This document shows positions 27,518 to 37,619 of a DNA stretch of 64,000 nucleotides, piece after piece (within the stretch, counting starts at the first letter, position 1; each line of letters begins with the position of its first letter). This DNA is from Bacteroidia bacterium (GTDB lineage Bacteria > Bacteroidota > Bacteroidia > CAIKAF01), in the NCBI GenBank assembly GCA_016742095.1, contig JACVCJ010000019.1:4879-68878 (forward strand), in the 5' to 3' direction. The notes beneath the pieces were generated by a model. The model was not told the origin of the DNA, searched no databases, and saw only the letters and a list, made by a program, of their open reading frames with translations. The position numbers and the translations under genes are program-made.

Positions 27518-28261
27518 TTAAGCTCTGGCCAGGCGTATAATGCGCATGCTGTGCATTACACGGATCACCAGGTAGGTAGGATCGAGTTCGAACCACTTAA
27601 CGCCGAAACGCGGACGGTTAGGCAGTTTGTGATGGTTGTTCTGGAACAGTTCGCCCATGCAGAGAAAATCGAACACCAGGGTGTTCTTGCTCTGGTCATG
27701 GTTATCGAAGTTCTGGTAACCGTACTTGTGTCCGCTCCAGTTTACAATGGCTCCGTGGATAGGACCCATGAACCAGTGGATAGGCAGCAGTAAGAAGAAG
27801 GCCCAGTGAAAATCCCAGATCAGGTAGGCAATGATGTAAATAACGGTGTACAGAACGCCCCATGCGATGCGGGAGAAATAGCCTTCGGCAAAGGAATCGA
27901 GACGTTGTTTCTCAGGGAAGGCCTTTTCGAATTCCACGTCCGTTTTAAAGATACGGCGGTACACCTTCATGTAATGGTCTTTGGTCTTCCACATCATGCT
28001 GAAGGGATTATTGCTGTTGTGCGGGGAGTGCGGGTCCTTGTCTGTATCGCTGTGTGCATGGTGCAGGCGGTGCAGAATGGCATAGGCCCGTGGAGTAAGG
28101 TACGATGAACCCATTGTGATATAGGTTAACCAGTAGAAGAATCGTTCCCAGCCTTTAGTCATGGTAAACATGCCGTGCGCCGCGTAACGGTGCAGGAAGA
28201 ACGACTGGAAGAAAAGGCTGCCATACCAGTGCAGCACAAAGAAGATGATTATAAACCACAT
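27518..28261 (-). CDS. Membrane fatty acid (acyl-CoA) desaturase
   Basis: His boxes HRYAAH, HRLHH, QNNHH; DPHSP; TM segments. Confidence 0.93.
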   Translation of the reverse strand: MWFIIIFFVLHWYGSLFFQSFFLHRYAAHGMFTMTKGWERFFYWLTYITMGSSYLTPRAYAILHRLHHAHSDTDKDPHSPHNSNNPFSMMWKTKDHYMKVYRRIFKTDVEFEKAFPEKQRLDSFAEGYFSRIAWGVLYTVIYIIAYLIWDFHWAFFLLLPIHWFMGPIHGAIVNWSGHKYGYQNFDNHDQSKNTLVFDFLCMGELFQNNHHKLPNRPRFGVKWFELDPTYLVIRVMHSMRIIRLARA

Positions 28262-28439
28262 ATTTTTTTATTCAAACAAACTTATGCAAATATAGCCACT
28301 ATCTGTCAATGCCCGCGTGAGCATTGTGTTAAATCGGACTTAACGTGCATAAATATACCATAAACGGGGGAGTCCGGAAATAGTTTACAAAAGCCTTGTG
28401 CTGATACTGAGTTTTTTACGAAAAAAGTGAAGAAACGTT

Positions 28440-28467
28440 TAAACCTTTACCCCAGAGCCGGGTCTAA
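28440..28467 (+). promoter_or_regulatory. Putative ECF sigma promoter TAAACC-N16-GTCTAA
   Basis: Same motif and spacing as the two sites in the ECF operon. Confidence 0.6.
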
Positions 28468-28472
28468 CTGTT

Positions 28473-28547
28473 ATAATAGAGAATAAACACCTCTCCTCTA
28501 TAAAAGGCTGTCTCATTCTGCACCGCGGGATGAGACGGCTGTTTTTT
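28473..28547 (+). ncRNA. Candidate ECF-dependent small RNA (~75 nt)
   Basis: Between an ECF-like promoter and a 16-bp terminator stem (28506-28540) plus T6; no upstream CDS on this strand. Confidence 0.5.
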
Positions 28548-28594
28548 CGCAGGCGGGGAATAATCCGTACCTTTCGGCTGTAAACTTGTATGCT

Positions 28595-29080
28595 ATGAGA
28601 CCAACGATCGTTTTTTGCTTTTTTTGCGCCGCGGCGCTGCTGTTTGCCTGTAAGAGTACCTCAAAAACGAAGCGCGGTGAAGCTGCCGCCGAAGAACAGC
28701 CCACCGGGGGTATAAAACCGCTGAAACCGTCCAACTATACGAAACTGGAAGGCAGCTGGGAACTGAATTACATCAGCGGGCCGCGTATTGCGTTCGATGG
28801 CCTCTATCCCGACCGCAAGCCCGAGATCACCTTTGAAACGGCCGCAAAACGGGTAAGCGGCCATAACAGCTGTAACAGTTTCAACGGGCCGCTGAATGCC
28901 GATGATGTAAAGATCAGCTTTAACGAACCGATGGCCGTTACCAAAATGGCCTGTCCCGGCGACGGCGAACGCGTGTTCATGGAAACGCTGAAGACCGTTA
29001 CGTCTTACGATGTAAGCGACGGAAAGACGCTGAACTTTATCTCGGGCGATATTGCCGTGATGCGTTTTACAAAGAAATAA
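28595..29080 (+). CDS. META domain (HslJ-like) lipoprotein
   Basis: Lipobox LFAC; W.L, SGHNSCNSF, TKMACP motifs. Confidence 0.9.
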   Translation: MRPTIVFCFFCAAALLFACKSTSKTKRGEAAAEEQPTGGIKPLKPSNYTKLEGSWELNYISGPRIAFDGLYPDRKPEITFETAAKRVSGHNSCNSFNGPLNADDVKISFNEPMAVTKMACPGDGERVFMETLKTVTSYDVSDGKTLNFISGDIAVMRFTKK

Positions 29081-29102
29081 AGACCTTTTATACTGTGATG
29101 CA

Positions 29103-29136
29103 AGAGCCTGTTTCCCTGTGGGGGAGCAGGCTTTTT
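29103..29136 (+). terminator. Intrinsic terminator
   Basis: AGAGCCTGTTTCCC...GGGAGCAGGCTTTTT. Confidence 0.75.
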
Positions 29137-29208
29137 ACGTTGCGCTAACAGATTTTTCACGTTTGGGTGCCGCTTTTTCGCTGTTCCCTTTTGTACTTTT
29201 GTGCCCGT

Positions 29209-30555
29209 ATGTCATTCAGAGCGGAAACAACACGTACCTGGAAATTATCGGGCCCTATCATTCTCGGCGAACTTACGCAGATGGCGCTGGGCATCATCGA
29301 CAATATGATGGTGGGCGCTATTTCGTATAAACACCTGGCCGCTGCGGCCCTGGTACTGAGTGTGATGAATATTCCCTTTGTACTGGGCATCGGCATTACC
29401 ATGTCGGTCTCACAGCTGGTTTCCATGGCGCATGGCCGCCGCGACGGACAGCAGGTATCGCATTACCTGTACAACGGTTTCTGGATGTGTACGGTTACGG
29501 CCCTGCTCATAGCTATAATTCTGCATACCGGCAGCGATATCCTTTTTTACCTGAAGCAGGACCCCGAAGTAGCCGCCCTGGCCAAACCCTACCTTATTAT
29601 TATGGGCTGGTCTACCGTGCCCATGCTCATGTTCATGGCCATTAAACAGTTCACGGACGGACTGGAATATACGCGTACGGCCATGATCCTGTCGCTGGTG
29701 GCCCTGCCCATGAACATTTTCCTGAACTGGATCCTGATCTACGGAAACCTGGGTATGCCCCGCCTCGAACTGGTGGGAGCCGGCATCGGTACCCTGGCCA
29801 CCCGCGTCATTATACTCATTGCCCTGGCCCTGATCGTGTTCCGGCACCGCACCTTCCGGCGTTACATTGCGGTACGCCGCAACCAGTGGGCCCTGAAGTG
29901 GAAAACCGTAAAAGAACTGCTGCATATCGGCATTCCCAGCAGCCTGCAGGCGGGCATGGAATCGGGCGCCTTTGCCGTATCGGGTATTATTATCGGTACG
30001 CTCGGTGCCTTGGAACAGGCGGCACACCAGATCGCGCTGAGCTGTGCGGCCTTTACCTTTATGGTGTCCATGGGGCTGGCACAGGGTGGTTCCATACGCA
30101 TCAGCAATGCCTGGGGACGCCGCAACTGGGCCGATATTTCGCTCATCGGGCGCAGTACCCTGGTCAGCGGACTGGCGTATGGCATCTTCTGTTCCCTCTT
30201 CTTTATAAGTGCACGCAATTACCTGCCCCTGGCCTTTAACGACGACACTACCGTGGTGGCCATAGCCTCCGTGCTGATGTTCTATGCGGCGGTATTCCAG
30301 ATATCCGACGCCACACAGGCCATCGGCGTGGGTATACTGCGCGGTATCAAAGATGTAAAGGTGCCTACCATTTACGTGGCCCTGGCCTATTGGGTCATCG
30401 GCATCCCGGTGGGTTGCCTCATGGCTTTTGTATTCAAAATGGGAGCGGCCGGCATGTGGATCGGCTTTGTGACCGGTCTTACGGCGGTTTCGATATTGCT
30501 CAACAAACGCTTCTTTAACCGGCTGCGCCGCGAAAAGGCCGCCGGTAATCTATAA
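29209..30555 (+). CDS. MATE family efflux transporter
   Basis: IIDNMMVG, NIFLNWILIYG..G.P.L...GAGI, FQISDATQ, GILRG; about 12 TM segments. Confidence 0.93.
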   Translation: MSFRAETTRTWKLSGPIILGELTQMALGIIDNMMVGAISYKHLAAAALVLSVMNIPFVLGIGITMSVSQLVSMAHGRRDGQQVSHYLYNGFWMCTVTALLIAIILHTGSDILFYLKQDPEVAALAKPYLIIMGWSTVPMLMFMAIKQFTDGLEYTRTAMILSLVALPMNIFLNWILIYGNLGMPRLELVGAGIGTLATRVIILIALALIVFRHRTFRRYIAVRRNQWALKWKTVKELLHIGIPSSLQAGMESGAFAVSGIIIGTLGALEQAAHQIALSCAAFTFMVSMGLAQGGSIRISNAWGRRNWADISLIGRSTLVSGLAYGIFCSLFFISARNYLPLAFNDDTTVVAIASVLMFYAAVFQISDATQAIGVGILRGIKDVKVPTIYVALAYWVIGIPVGCLMAFVFKMGAAGMWIGFVTGLTAVSILLNKRFFNRLRREKAAGNL

Positions 30556-30557
30556 GA

Positions 30558-31154
30558 TCAGCTGTTTTTCAGCATGCGCTTCTTCATTTTGCTGAAGAAT
30601 TCGGGCGTAACGCCTATATACGAAGCAATGTGCTTATTGGGAATGCGGTGTACGAGTCCCGGGAATTTCCGTTCAAAGTTGAGGTAGCGTTCTTCGGCGC
30701 TCAGGCTCAGGTTATCGTGGATACGCTGCAGGGTAGATACGTAGGCGTTTTCCATCAGCACCCGGAAATAGCGTTCCATACGCGGGTATTTATCGTAGAT
30801 GTCCCATTGTTTTTCGCGCGGCATTACCAGTACTTCGGAGGCTTCAAGGCATTCGATGGTATAATTGCCGGGCTTGCGGGTGATGAGGCTGTACATATCG
30901 GTGATCCACCAGTCGTTGGTGGCCAGGTGCATCACATGTTCATCGGCCTTGTTGTCGAGGGTATAGGCACGTATGCAGCCTTCGAGCACAAAGTAGGATT
31001 CATTGGCTATATCGCACTGGCGCAGCAGTATTTCCCGGGCTGTGGTGGAGCGGTGGCTTACCAGCGAAACAAAGTATTCCGCTTCTTCTGCGGGCAGCTG
31101 TACATAGCGGCCGATGTGGGCCAGCAGGCGTTCGCGGTATTCAGGCTTGATCAT
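30558..31154 (-). CDS. Crp/Fnr family transcriptional regulator
   Basis: YFVLEGCIR cNMP domain; SAEERY, HIASYIGVTPEFFS HTH. Confidence 0.92.
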   Translation of the reverse strand: MIKPEYRERLLAHIGRYVQLPAEEAEYFVSLVSHRSTTAREILLRQCDIANESYFVLEGCIRAYTLDNKADEHVMHLATNDWWITDMYSLITRKPGNYTIECLEASEVLVMPREKQWDIYDKYPRMERYFRVLMENAYVSTLQRIHDNLSLSAEERYLNFERKFPGLVHRIPNKHIASYIGVTPEFFSKMKKRMLKNS

Positions 31155-31186
31155 GGGTATGCAAGATAGGGGGAATTGCCGGATAA

Positions 31187-31220
31187 TAAAAAAGTCCCGG
31201 ACCTGCGTCGGGGACTTTTA
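31187..31220. terminator. Terminator of rplS
   Basis: AAAAAAGTCCCGGAC...GTCGGGGACTTTT. Confidence 0.75.
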
Positions 31221-31245
31221 AACCAAAACCTTTATAAAAATGAAA

Positions 31246-31602
31246 TTATCTTGCTACTTTCTTTTCTTTGATACGGGCGTTCTTACCGATGGCATCACGC
31301 AGGTAGAACAGACGGGCACGGCGAACCTTACCACGTTTAACTACTTTAATTTCGCTGATAAATGGAGATTTAACCGGGAAGATACGTTCCACACCCACAC
31401 CGTCAGAAATCTTACGTACAGTGAATGTTTCGGTAGTACCCTGGCCACGACGCTGAATAACAACACCCTGGAAGTTCTGGATACGCTCTTTGTTACCTTC
31501 TCTGATCTTATATGATACGATTATAGTATCGCCTGCATTGAACTGGATAAGTTCGTTTTTGGAAACAAACTGCTGCTCAACAAATTGTACTAAATTTTCC
31601 AT
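31246..31602 (-). CDS. rplS: 50S ribosomal protein L19
   Basis: [39 protein letters not shown]. Confidence 0.98.
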   Translation of the reverse strand: MENLVQFVEQQFVSKNELIQFNAGDTIIVSYKIREGNKERIQNFQGVVIQRRGQGTTETFTVRKISDGVGVERIFPVKSPFISEIKVVKRGKVRRARLFYLRDAIGKNARIKEKKVAR

Positions 31603-31683
31603 TTTCAAAATATGTTTAGCCCGTATTTTGGGGGTGCAAACATACGACATTAATTTTAAAATAAAAACCTTTTTGTGAAAATA

Positions 31684-32352
31684 TCAGGCATTTCGCTTAA
31701 AAAATTCTTCTTCAAGCAAGTCGGGCTTTTTCAGCACGCTGCGGATCCAGCGGTGCATGGTTTCGGTCTGTTCTTCTTCGCTGAGGCCGGGGAAGCTTTC
31801 GCCGCTGCGCAGTTTCCAGGTGGCGTGGTGCATACACACCGCTGCGCATACGCTTATGTTCAGGCTTTCGGTAAAACCTACCATGGGCACTTTGAGCCAG
31901 GCATCGGCATGTTCGATGGCCTCGGGGGTAAGTCCCTGCAGTTCGGTACCAAAGACCAGGGCGGTCTTCTGACTGAAGTCGTATTCTTCGAGGTTCACGT
32001 CGTCTTTGTGCGGGGTGGTGGCCACAATTTTATAGCCCTGTTCGCGCAGGGCGCGGTAACAGTCGAGTGTATTGTTTTCGCCGCCTTTGTAGTGTTTTAC
32101 GTCCAGCCACTTACTGGCGCCGAGGGCCACTTCATCGTTCACCCGGTACTGGTAACCGCGCTCGATCACGTGTACGTCCTGCACCCCGAAACAGTCGGCG
32201 GTACGCAGCACGGCACTGATGTTGTGTTCCTGGAACAGGTTTTCCACCACCACGGTAAGCTGCCGGGTACGCTGCCCGATCTTTTCGCGGAAAAGCTCCA
32301 TTTTGTGCTCCGTAATAAACCCGCCCAGGAATTCTACCAGTTCTTTACTCAT
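31684..32352 (-). CDS. TrmH/SpoU family RNA methyltransferase
   Basis: HNISAVLRTAD, VFGTELQG, PMVGFTESLNISV SPOUT motifs. Confidence 0.93.
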   Translation of the reverse strand: MSKELVEFLGGFITEHKMELFREKIGQRTRQLTVVVENLFQEHNISAVLRTADCFGVQDVHVIERGYQYRVNDEVALGASKWLDVKHYKGGENNTLDCYRALREQGYKIVATTPHKDDVNLEEYDFSQKTALVFGTELQGLTPEAIEHADAWLKVPMVGFTESLNISVCAAVCMHHATWKLRSGESFPGLSEEEQTETMHRWIRSVLKKPDLLEEEFFKRNA

Positions 32353-32422
32353 ATGGCTGTACAAATAAAAAATGTGCAAAGGGCTGTTACCATTTGCACA
32401 TTCGCAGTATCGTTTTACGTAA

Positions 32423-32950
32423 TTATTTAATGATCACGCCGCTGGCCTCGAAGCTGTACTCCGTTTTAGGCCCGGTGATGGCGGCAATTTCCTCTTTGCT
32501 TTTACCGGCATCTTCGGCATAGTGCTTCTGCATGTCCACGCTCAGCACTTCTTTGTAAGCTTTACCCTGAACAACGGCCGTTTTTCCGGCAGCGTCCTTC
32601 GGTACAAAAAAGGCATAGTCTTTAAAAGAAACGCGGATGGGTTCTCCGGCAGCGTTCTTCAGTTTCATCCAGCAGCCTTTTACCTGGCATACGGATTCGA
32701 TCTCGGCGGTCAATTTAATATTTTCGAGGCTGTCGTGACTTCCCAGCTGGGCCAGGATATCGGCGGTGGTAATGGCTCCGGCCGCAGAGATCTTCTCACC
32801 GAAATGTTCTTCTTTGGCTTTGCCGTGTCCGTCGTGTCCGTCGTGCGTTTCGGCGTTGTTGATCACGGGAAAGTTCGCATTGTTACCGTTGTAGCATGAA
32901 CTAACGGCAAATGCAGCGGCTGCCAGTACAGGGATAAAAAGCCTTTTCAT
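32423..32950 (-). CDS. DUF4920 family lipoprotein
   Basis: Lipobox VSSC; VCQVKGCWM, FKDYAFFVP, HYAEDAG; short His-rich linker. Confidence 0.85.
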   Translation of the reverse strand: MKRLFIPVLAAAAFAVSSCYNGNNANFPVINNAETHDGHDGHGKAKEEHFGEKISAAGAITTADILAQLGSHDSLENIKLTAEIESVCQVKGCWMKLKNAAGEPIRVSFKDYAFFVPKDAAGKTAVVQGKAYKEVLSVDMQKHYAEDAGKSKEEIAAITGPKTEYSFEASGVIIK

Positions 32951-33062
32951 ATTCAATAAATTCTGTTGTTGTTGAATGATCGTTTCGGGTGCAAACCTAC
33001 ATATTTTTTTCAGAAAAAACAGTTAATACTGCCTGTCCGTTCACCTATATCTTCCGGCCGTG

Positions 33063-33707
33063 TCAGGTATTCAGTTTTTTTACCTGTATGGCGATCAGTT
33101 CAGGCAGGTAGTTCGGTGTGCAGCCCTTATGTACGATCTCATTTTTGTACAGGCCGGTCCGTTCCCCGAGTGCAATGCAGCGGGCGCGGAATTCCGGCTG
33201 AAAGATGCCGATCTGTGCGGCCGTAAAGTTCATCGCCCACTGTACTTCCGGACTTTCGTGCTCTATGTGTTCTTCAATGGATGTAAGCAGCGTTTCCGTA
33301 TTGGGCGGAGGCGTTTGTCCCACCCAGCGCAGACGGCCCTGGTAATACCAGAACACCCGCCGCTGAAGTACGGAGGGACTGTGCTCCCAGGATCCCATCA
33401 ATGCGATCGTTTTTTTGTTTTTGGAAAGCTGGTTCGCCAGTAGCCAGTCGATGAGCGGCAGCTTTTCTTCCTGCGGATGTCCGCCCATGTCCGCATCCAA
33501 TCGGTCGATGAGTTCCTGGGTGAGCAGCTTGTTGTCCATGATCAGTATGGCCAGTTGCCGGGCCAGGTATTCGCCTGTTTCCCAAAGCTCCATGGCCAGG
33601 TCATGGTCTTTTTTTATGCTTTTGGCCAGTATTCGTAAGTCGCCCAGCCGGGTCGTATCCTTATGAAGCTGTTCGAGAATCTGTTGAGCTTTAATGCTGC
33701 GTACCAT
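33063..33707 (-). CDS. DNA alkylation repair protein (AlkD-like), second copy
   Basis: LGDLR..AK.IKKDHDLAMELW, QWAMN, GCTPNY patterns. Confidence 0.8.
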   Translation of the reverse strand: MVRSIKAQQILEQLHKDTTRLGDLRILAKSIKKDHDLAMELWETGEYLARQLAILIMDNKLLTQELIDRLDADMGGHPQEEKLPLIDWLLANQLSKNKKTIALMGSWEHSPSVLQRRVFWYYQGRLRWVGQTPPPNTETLLTSIEEHIEHESPEVQWAMNFTAAQIGIFQPEFRARCIALGERTGLYKNEIVHKGCTPNYLPELIAIQVKKLNT

Positions 33708-33737
33708 AGCTGTCTGTCTGAGAAACCGGTCGGCCGA

Positions 33738-34826
33738 TCAGTTTGTTTCTTTCTTTTTATCGCCTTTGGGCTCCTTCGGCTTTTTCACCACCTTAGGCAT
33801 CGGGCCCAGTTTTACGTTGAGCGTGATCACATTGGGCGAACCGGCCAGGTGATAGGCCGAACGGCTGTAATTCAGCTCGAAACGGTGTATACGTAAACCC
33901 ACACCCCAGCTCAGTCCTACCGTGCCGCCGCGGGCATCGGCCTTCATTTCGTAACGGCGCATAAAATCGTAGGCCACACGCACGGAGATCAGCTTTTTAA
34001 AGGGGAATACTTCGGCGCCGATCACAAAGTGACGCAGGATCTTGCTGCTGAGACTTACCTTATTTTCTACGGGCTGACCGCTGAGGTCCACCTGGTTGTT
34101 GTTCTGCGGATTGATGTACGAAAGATCGGGCTGCTGCAGGTTATGCGCCACTACGCTGAGGCGCACCGGCACTTTGCCGAACTCGTGCGAGGCCCCGATG
34201 CTGAACTCGAAGGGCAGGGGCTCGCGTACGCCCTGTGTAAATACCTTGAGCGGCATGCCCACATTGCGCAGTACAATAGAGGTAACAAAGAGTTTGCTTT
34301 TACTCACATAGGCCGCACCCAGGTCAAAACCCAGGGCTATGGCCGAATAGGACTCGTATTGCGAAACGGCGAACTTGGTGTTGAGGCCCACCGTAAAGAA
34401 CTTGCCAAAGCTGCGCGAAAGTCCGGCCGAGATCATATAATCTGCCGCGTTGAACTTACCGGTGATATTCCCGTTCTCGTCCGCCGCGGTAAAATTACCG
34501 TAATTGATGTACTGGATGCCGCCGGCAAAGGTGCCCACCTTATCAAAATGGCGTGCGTAGGCGGCCGAACCCATATTGATGCCCGAAAAGAAATTCACGT
34601 AGGTGAAGGAGGTGCGGTGGTGCATCCTGGGATTGATCATGGCCGGGTTCTGGGTATAAAGCGACACATCATCGTCGAGCACGGAGTACACTCTTCCGCC
34701 CAGGGCTTCGGTACGGGCCGAAAAAGGCATTTTCATGAAGGCAAAGGCCGAACTGCCGCCGATCTGGGCATACAGGCCGTTAAAGCCGCACAGTAAGGTA
34801 CATAGGAGTAGAAAAGAGTGCTTCAT
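33738..34826 (-). CDS. porQ: Type IX secretion system protein PorQ-like beta-barrel
   Basis: GG.SAFAF...SARTEALGG, NPA, YINYGNF..ADE.G, LRHFVIGAE, YHLAG pattern. Confidence 0.75.
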   Translation of the reverse strand: MKHSFLLLCTLLCGFNGLYAQIGGSSAFAFMKMPFSARTEALGGRVYSVLDDDVSLYTQNPAMINPRMHHRTSFTYVNFFSGINMGSAAYARHFDKVGTFAGGIQYINYGNFTAADENGNITGKFNAADYMISAGLSRSFGKFFTVGLNTKFAVSQYESYSAIALGFDLGAAYVSKSKLFVTSIVLRNVGMPLKVFTQGVREPLPFEFSIGASHEFGKVPVRLSVVAHNLQQPDLSYINPQNNNQVDLSGQPVENKVSLSSKILRHFVIGAEVFPFKKLISVRVAYDFMRRYEMKADARGGTVGLSWGVGLRIHRFELNYSRSAYHLAGSPNVITLNVKLGPMPKVVKKPKEPKGDKKKETN

Positions 34827-34878
34827 CCGCTACGAAAATAACAAAACCCTGTCAAAACGTTAAAAAAAGTGTTTTATT

Positions 34879-36213
34879 TTATTCCAGGGCTTTTACAAAG
34901 CAGCGTATCCGTGCGGAAAGCAGTTCCGGATCCGTGTCTGTGCCGGGTTCCAGTCCTTCGGGAATAAAATATACAATACCTTCGGGATGCCCTTCGTAAA
35001 AACTGACGCCTACGGTTTTGGCCTTAATAAGCCAAAGATCGCTGCGGAAGCCTTCGGCATACAAAGGTTCATCGGGGCGGAAGCCGAAAAACACCTCGTC
35101 TTCCTGCAGCCAGTATTTTTCGCTGAGCAGTCCGCGCAGGTGTACCTCCGTTCCCGAAGCCAGGCCGCGTTCTACCACCAGTACTGGTTTATAGAGCATG
35201 GTAGACAGGGCCATCTCTACCGGGGTATCGATGCGCAGGTTGTACATCGGACTGGAGAACCGGGTATTATCGCGGTTGGGCCGGAAGCCGGACACCTTCA
35301 GGGTATTCAGCAACTGTACGTGAAAAGGAAAGATCTTGCCGGGAATAAGGCGCAGGTTGGCGAACTTGCTCATGATCATCAGCATGGGAACGGCAAACAG
35401 CAGGGTGATCTGCAGGGTGTAGCCCAACCAGCCGGAGGACTGCCCGCGGGCATTGAATTCCATGCCTATTTCCAGGCCGGTGAGCAGTATAAAACCCGTG
35501 AGCAGGCGATTGCGTATACTTTTGAAATTGGGCACGGCCTGGCGGTTGAACCAGGGCGAGAGGTTCAGCAGGTTGTTCAGCTGGGTAAGCCACACTTCGA
35601 TCAGCACGAAAAAGAGGAAAAAAGCGAGGATAAAAAGCCCGCTTACGAGGAAAAAATCGTAGAGTCCGTGTGCGGCAACGGCCAGCAGGAAGCCGGAAAA
35701 GCTCTGCAGAAAAATGGTTATGGCATCCCGGCCCAGGCTGCGTCCCAGGATAAAGGCGTACACCGGCAGCGCGGTAAAGGCCATGTGCATAAATACGGAA
35801 ATAACGGCCCGGCTGCGGAGTACGTCGATCCCGAACTGTTTACTATACAAAATATTTTCCACAGCGGCAAATCCGCAGGCCACGGCGGCGGCGTGCACCA
35901 GGTAATCCACCGGCTCATCGGTACGCACCAGGAAACGCAGCATCAGGAAAACGATCAGCAGTTTGCCGCTTTCTTCCACCAGGCCGATATCCACTATAAA
36001 ATAGAGAAAACTGTCCGGAACGAACAGGGACGACTGCAGGAATACGGTGCCCAGGGCCGGCAGCACGGAAAACCAGCCGGCAAAGAAAGACAGCAGCAGT
36101 TTTTTCCAGGAATCGGGCCGGAATACGTCCACGGTCTTGAGGTAGGAGAGCCAGAGAAAGGCCACTCCCGCCGTAACCAGGAAGAACAGGATGTATTCGA
36201 ACGTCAGCTGCAC
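34879..36213 (-). CDS. PrsW family intramembrane protease with C-terminal extension
   Basis: VEESGK, GFAAVENILY, HM, HGLYDF motifs. Confidence 0.85.
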   Translation of the reverse strand: MQLTFEYILFFLVTAGVAFLWLSYLKTVDVFRPDSWKKLLLSFFAGWFSVLPALGTVFLQSSLFVPDSFLYFIVDIGLVEESGKLLIVFLMLRFLVRTDEPVDYLVHAAAVACGFAAVENILYSKQFGIDVLRSRAVISVFMHMAFTALPVYAFILGRSLGRDAITIFLQSFSGFLLAVAAHGLYDFFLVSGLFILAFFLFFVLIEVWLTQLNNLLNLSPWFNRQAVPNFKSIRNRLLTGFILLTGLEIGMEFNARGQSSGWLGYTLQITLLFAVPMLMIMSKFANLRLIPGKIFPFHVQLLNTLKVSGFRPNRDNTRFSSPMYNLRIDTPVEMALSTMLYKPVLVVERGLASGTEVHLRGLLSEKYWLQEDEVFFGFRPDEPLYAEGFRSDLWLIKAKTVGVSFYEGHPEGIVYFIPEGLEPGTDTDPELLSARIRCFVKALE

Positions 36214-36221
36214 AGAGACGT

Positions 36222-37613
36222 TTACAGTACGTGTTTCAGCAGTTTACGCATAAAGTTGAGACTAACCTTGTTGTAAGGCGGATAGCGCAGGGGTGCGTCC
36301 AGCCAGAAGGCACGGGTAAGTACCGGCTTTTTGTGGCTGAAGGTATCGAAGGAAAAACGGCCGTGATAGGCTCCGATACCGCTGTCGCCCACACCGCCGA
36401 AAGGCAGGTGCGCACCGCTCATATGCATCACCGTATCGTTTATCGTAACACCACCGGCAGAAGTATGTTTCAGGATACGGTTGCGGAATTCGCTGTTGTT
36501 ACTGAAGATATACATGGCCAGGGGCTTGGGGCGCGCATTTACTTCGGCGATCACCTCATCGGCATTTTTAAAGCTGATCACGGGCAGCACCGGTCCGAAG
36601 ATCTCGTCCTGCATAACGGAGGACGTGCTGTCGGGCTCCACGATGGTCGGCGCTATTTTGCAGCGGTTGCGGTCGGTCTTTCCGCCGGAAAGTATACGGG
36701 TATCGGCCAGCAGGGACTCCAGGCGTTCGAAATGCCGTTCGTTGATGATCCTGCCGTATTCGGGATTGCTGACGGGGTCTTTGCCGTACGATCTTTCAAT
36801 TTCGGCTTCCAGGGCCTGTACAAAGGGGATCTTCACCTGTTCGTGCACCAGGATATAGTCGGGCGCTACGCAGGTTTGTCCGGAATTCAGGAATTTACCC
36901 CAGGCTATGCGGCGTGCGGTAAGTTCCAGCGGACTGTCCTTATCCACGATGGTCGGACTTTTACCGCCCAGTTCCAGTGTTACCGGTGTCAGGTGACGGG
37001 CCGCGGCCTCGTACACGATCTTACCCACTTTGGTACCGCCGGTGAAGAAGATGTAATCCCATTTCTGTTCCAGCAGGGCGGTGGTTTCCTGTACACCGCC
37101 TTTTACCACATGCAGCAGGCCTTTATCAAAGTTCTTATTGATCAGTACTTCGAGTACGGCCGCGGTATGCGGGGCCAGTTCCGAAGGTTTTATCACCATG
37201 GTATTACCGGCCGAAATAGCGCCGATGGCCGGGGCCAGGGCCAGCTGAAAGGGATAGTTCCAGGGGGCGATGTTCAGCGTAACGCCAAAGGGTTCGCTAT
37301 GGATGCGGCTTTTCCCGGGGAAATTGATCCAGCCGGTTTTGGCGCGTTTGGGGCGCATCCAGCCGCGCAGTTTTTTCAGGGTATGGTGTATATCGGCCTG
37401 TACAAAGCCCACTTCGGTGGTATAGGCTTCCATGGCGCACTTGCCCAGATCGGCCTCCAGGGCCTTGTAGATCTCGGTCTCATGGGCCGTGATCAGCCCC
37501 TGCAACTTCAGCAGGGCAGCGCGGCGGCTTTCGTAGCTGAGCGTTTTGCCCTGTTCAAAATAACTGCGCTGTGCCTGCACCTCTGTTTTTCCCGATCGTA
37601 TCGTGGCTTCCAT
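36222..37613 (-). CDS. Aldehyde dehydrogenase (class 3 / fatty aldehyde type)
   Basis: PWNYP, FFTGG, LELGGKSP, GQTCVAPDY, EIFGP, PFGGVGDSG, RYPPY. Confidence 0.95.
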   Translation of the reverse strand: MEATIRSGKTEVQAQRSYFEQGKTLSYESRRAALLKLQGLITAHETEIYKALEADLGKCAMEAYTTEVGFVQADIHHTLKKLRGWMRPKRAKTGWINFPGKSRIHSEPFGVTLNIAPWNYPFQLALAPAIGAISAGNTMVIKPSELAPHTAAVLEVLINKNFDKGLLHVVKGGVQETTALLEQKWDYIFFTGGTKVGKIVYEAAARHLTPVTLELGGKSPTIVDKDSPLELTARRIAWGKFLNSGQTCVAPDYILVHEQVKIPFVQALEAEIERSYGKDPVSNPEYGRIINERHFERLESLLADTRILSGGKTDRNRCKIAPTIVEPDSTSSVMQDEIFGPVLPVISFKNADEVIAEVNARPKPLAMYIFSNNSEFRNRILKHTSAGGVTINDTVMHMSGAHLPFGGVGDSGIGAYHGRFSFDTFSHKKPVLTRAFWLDAPLRYPPYNKVSLNFMRKLLKHVL

Positions 37614-37619
37614 AATATA

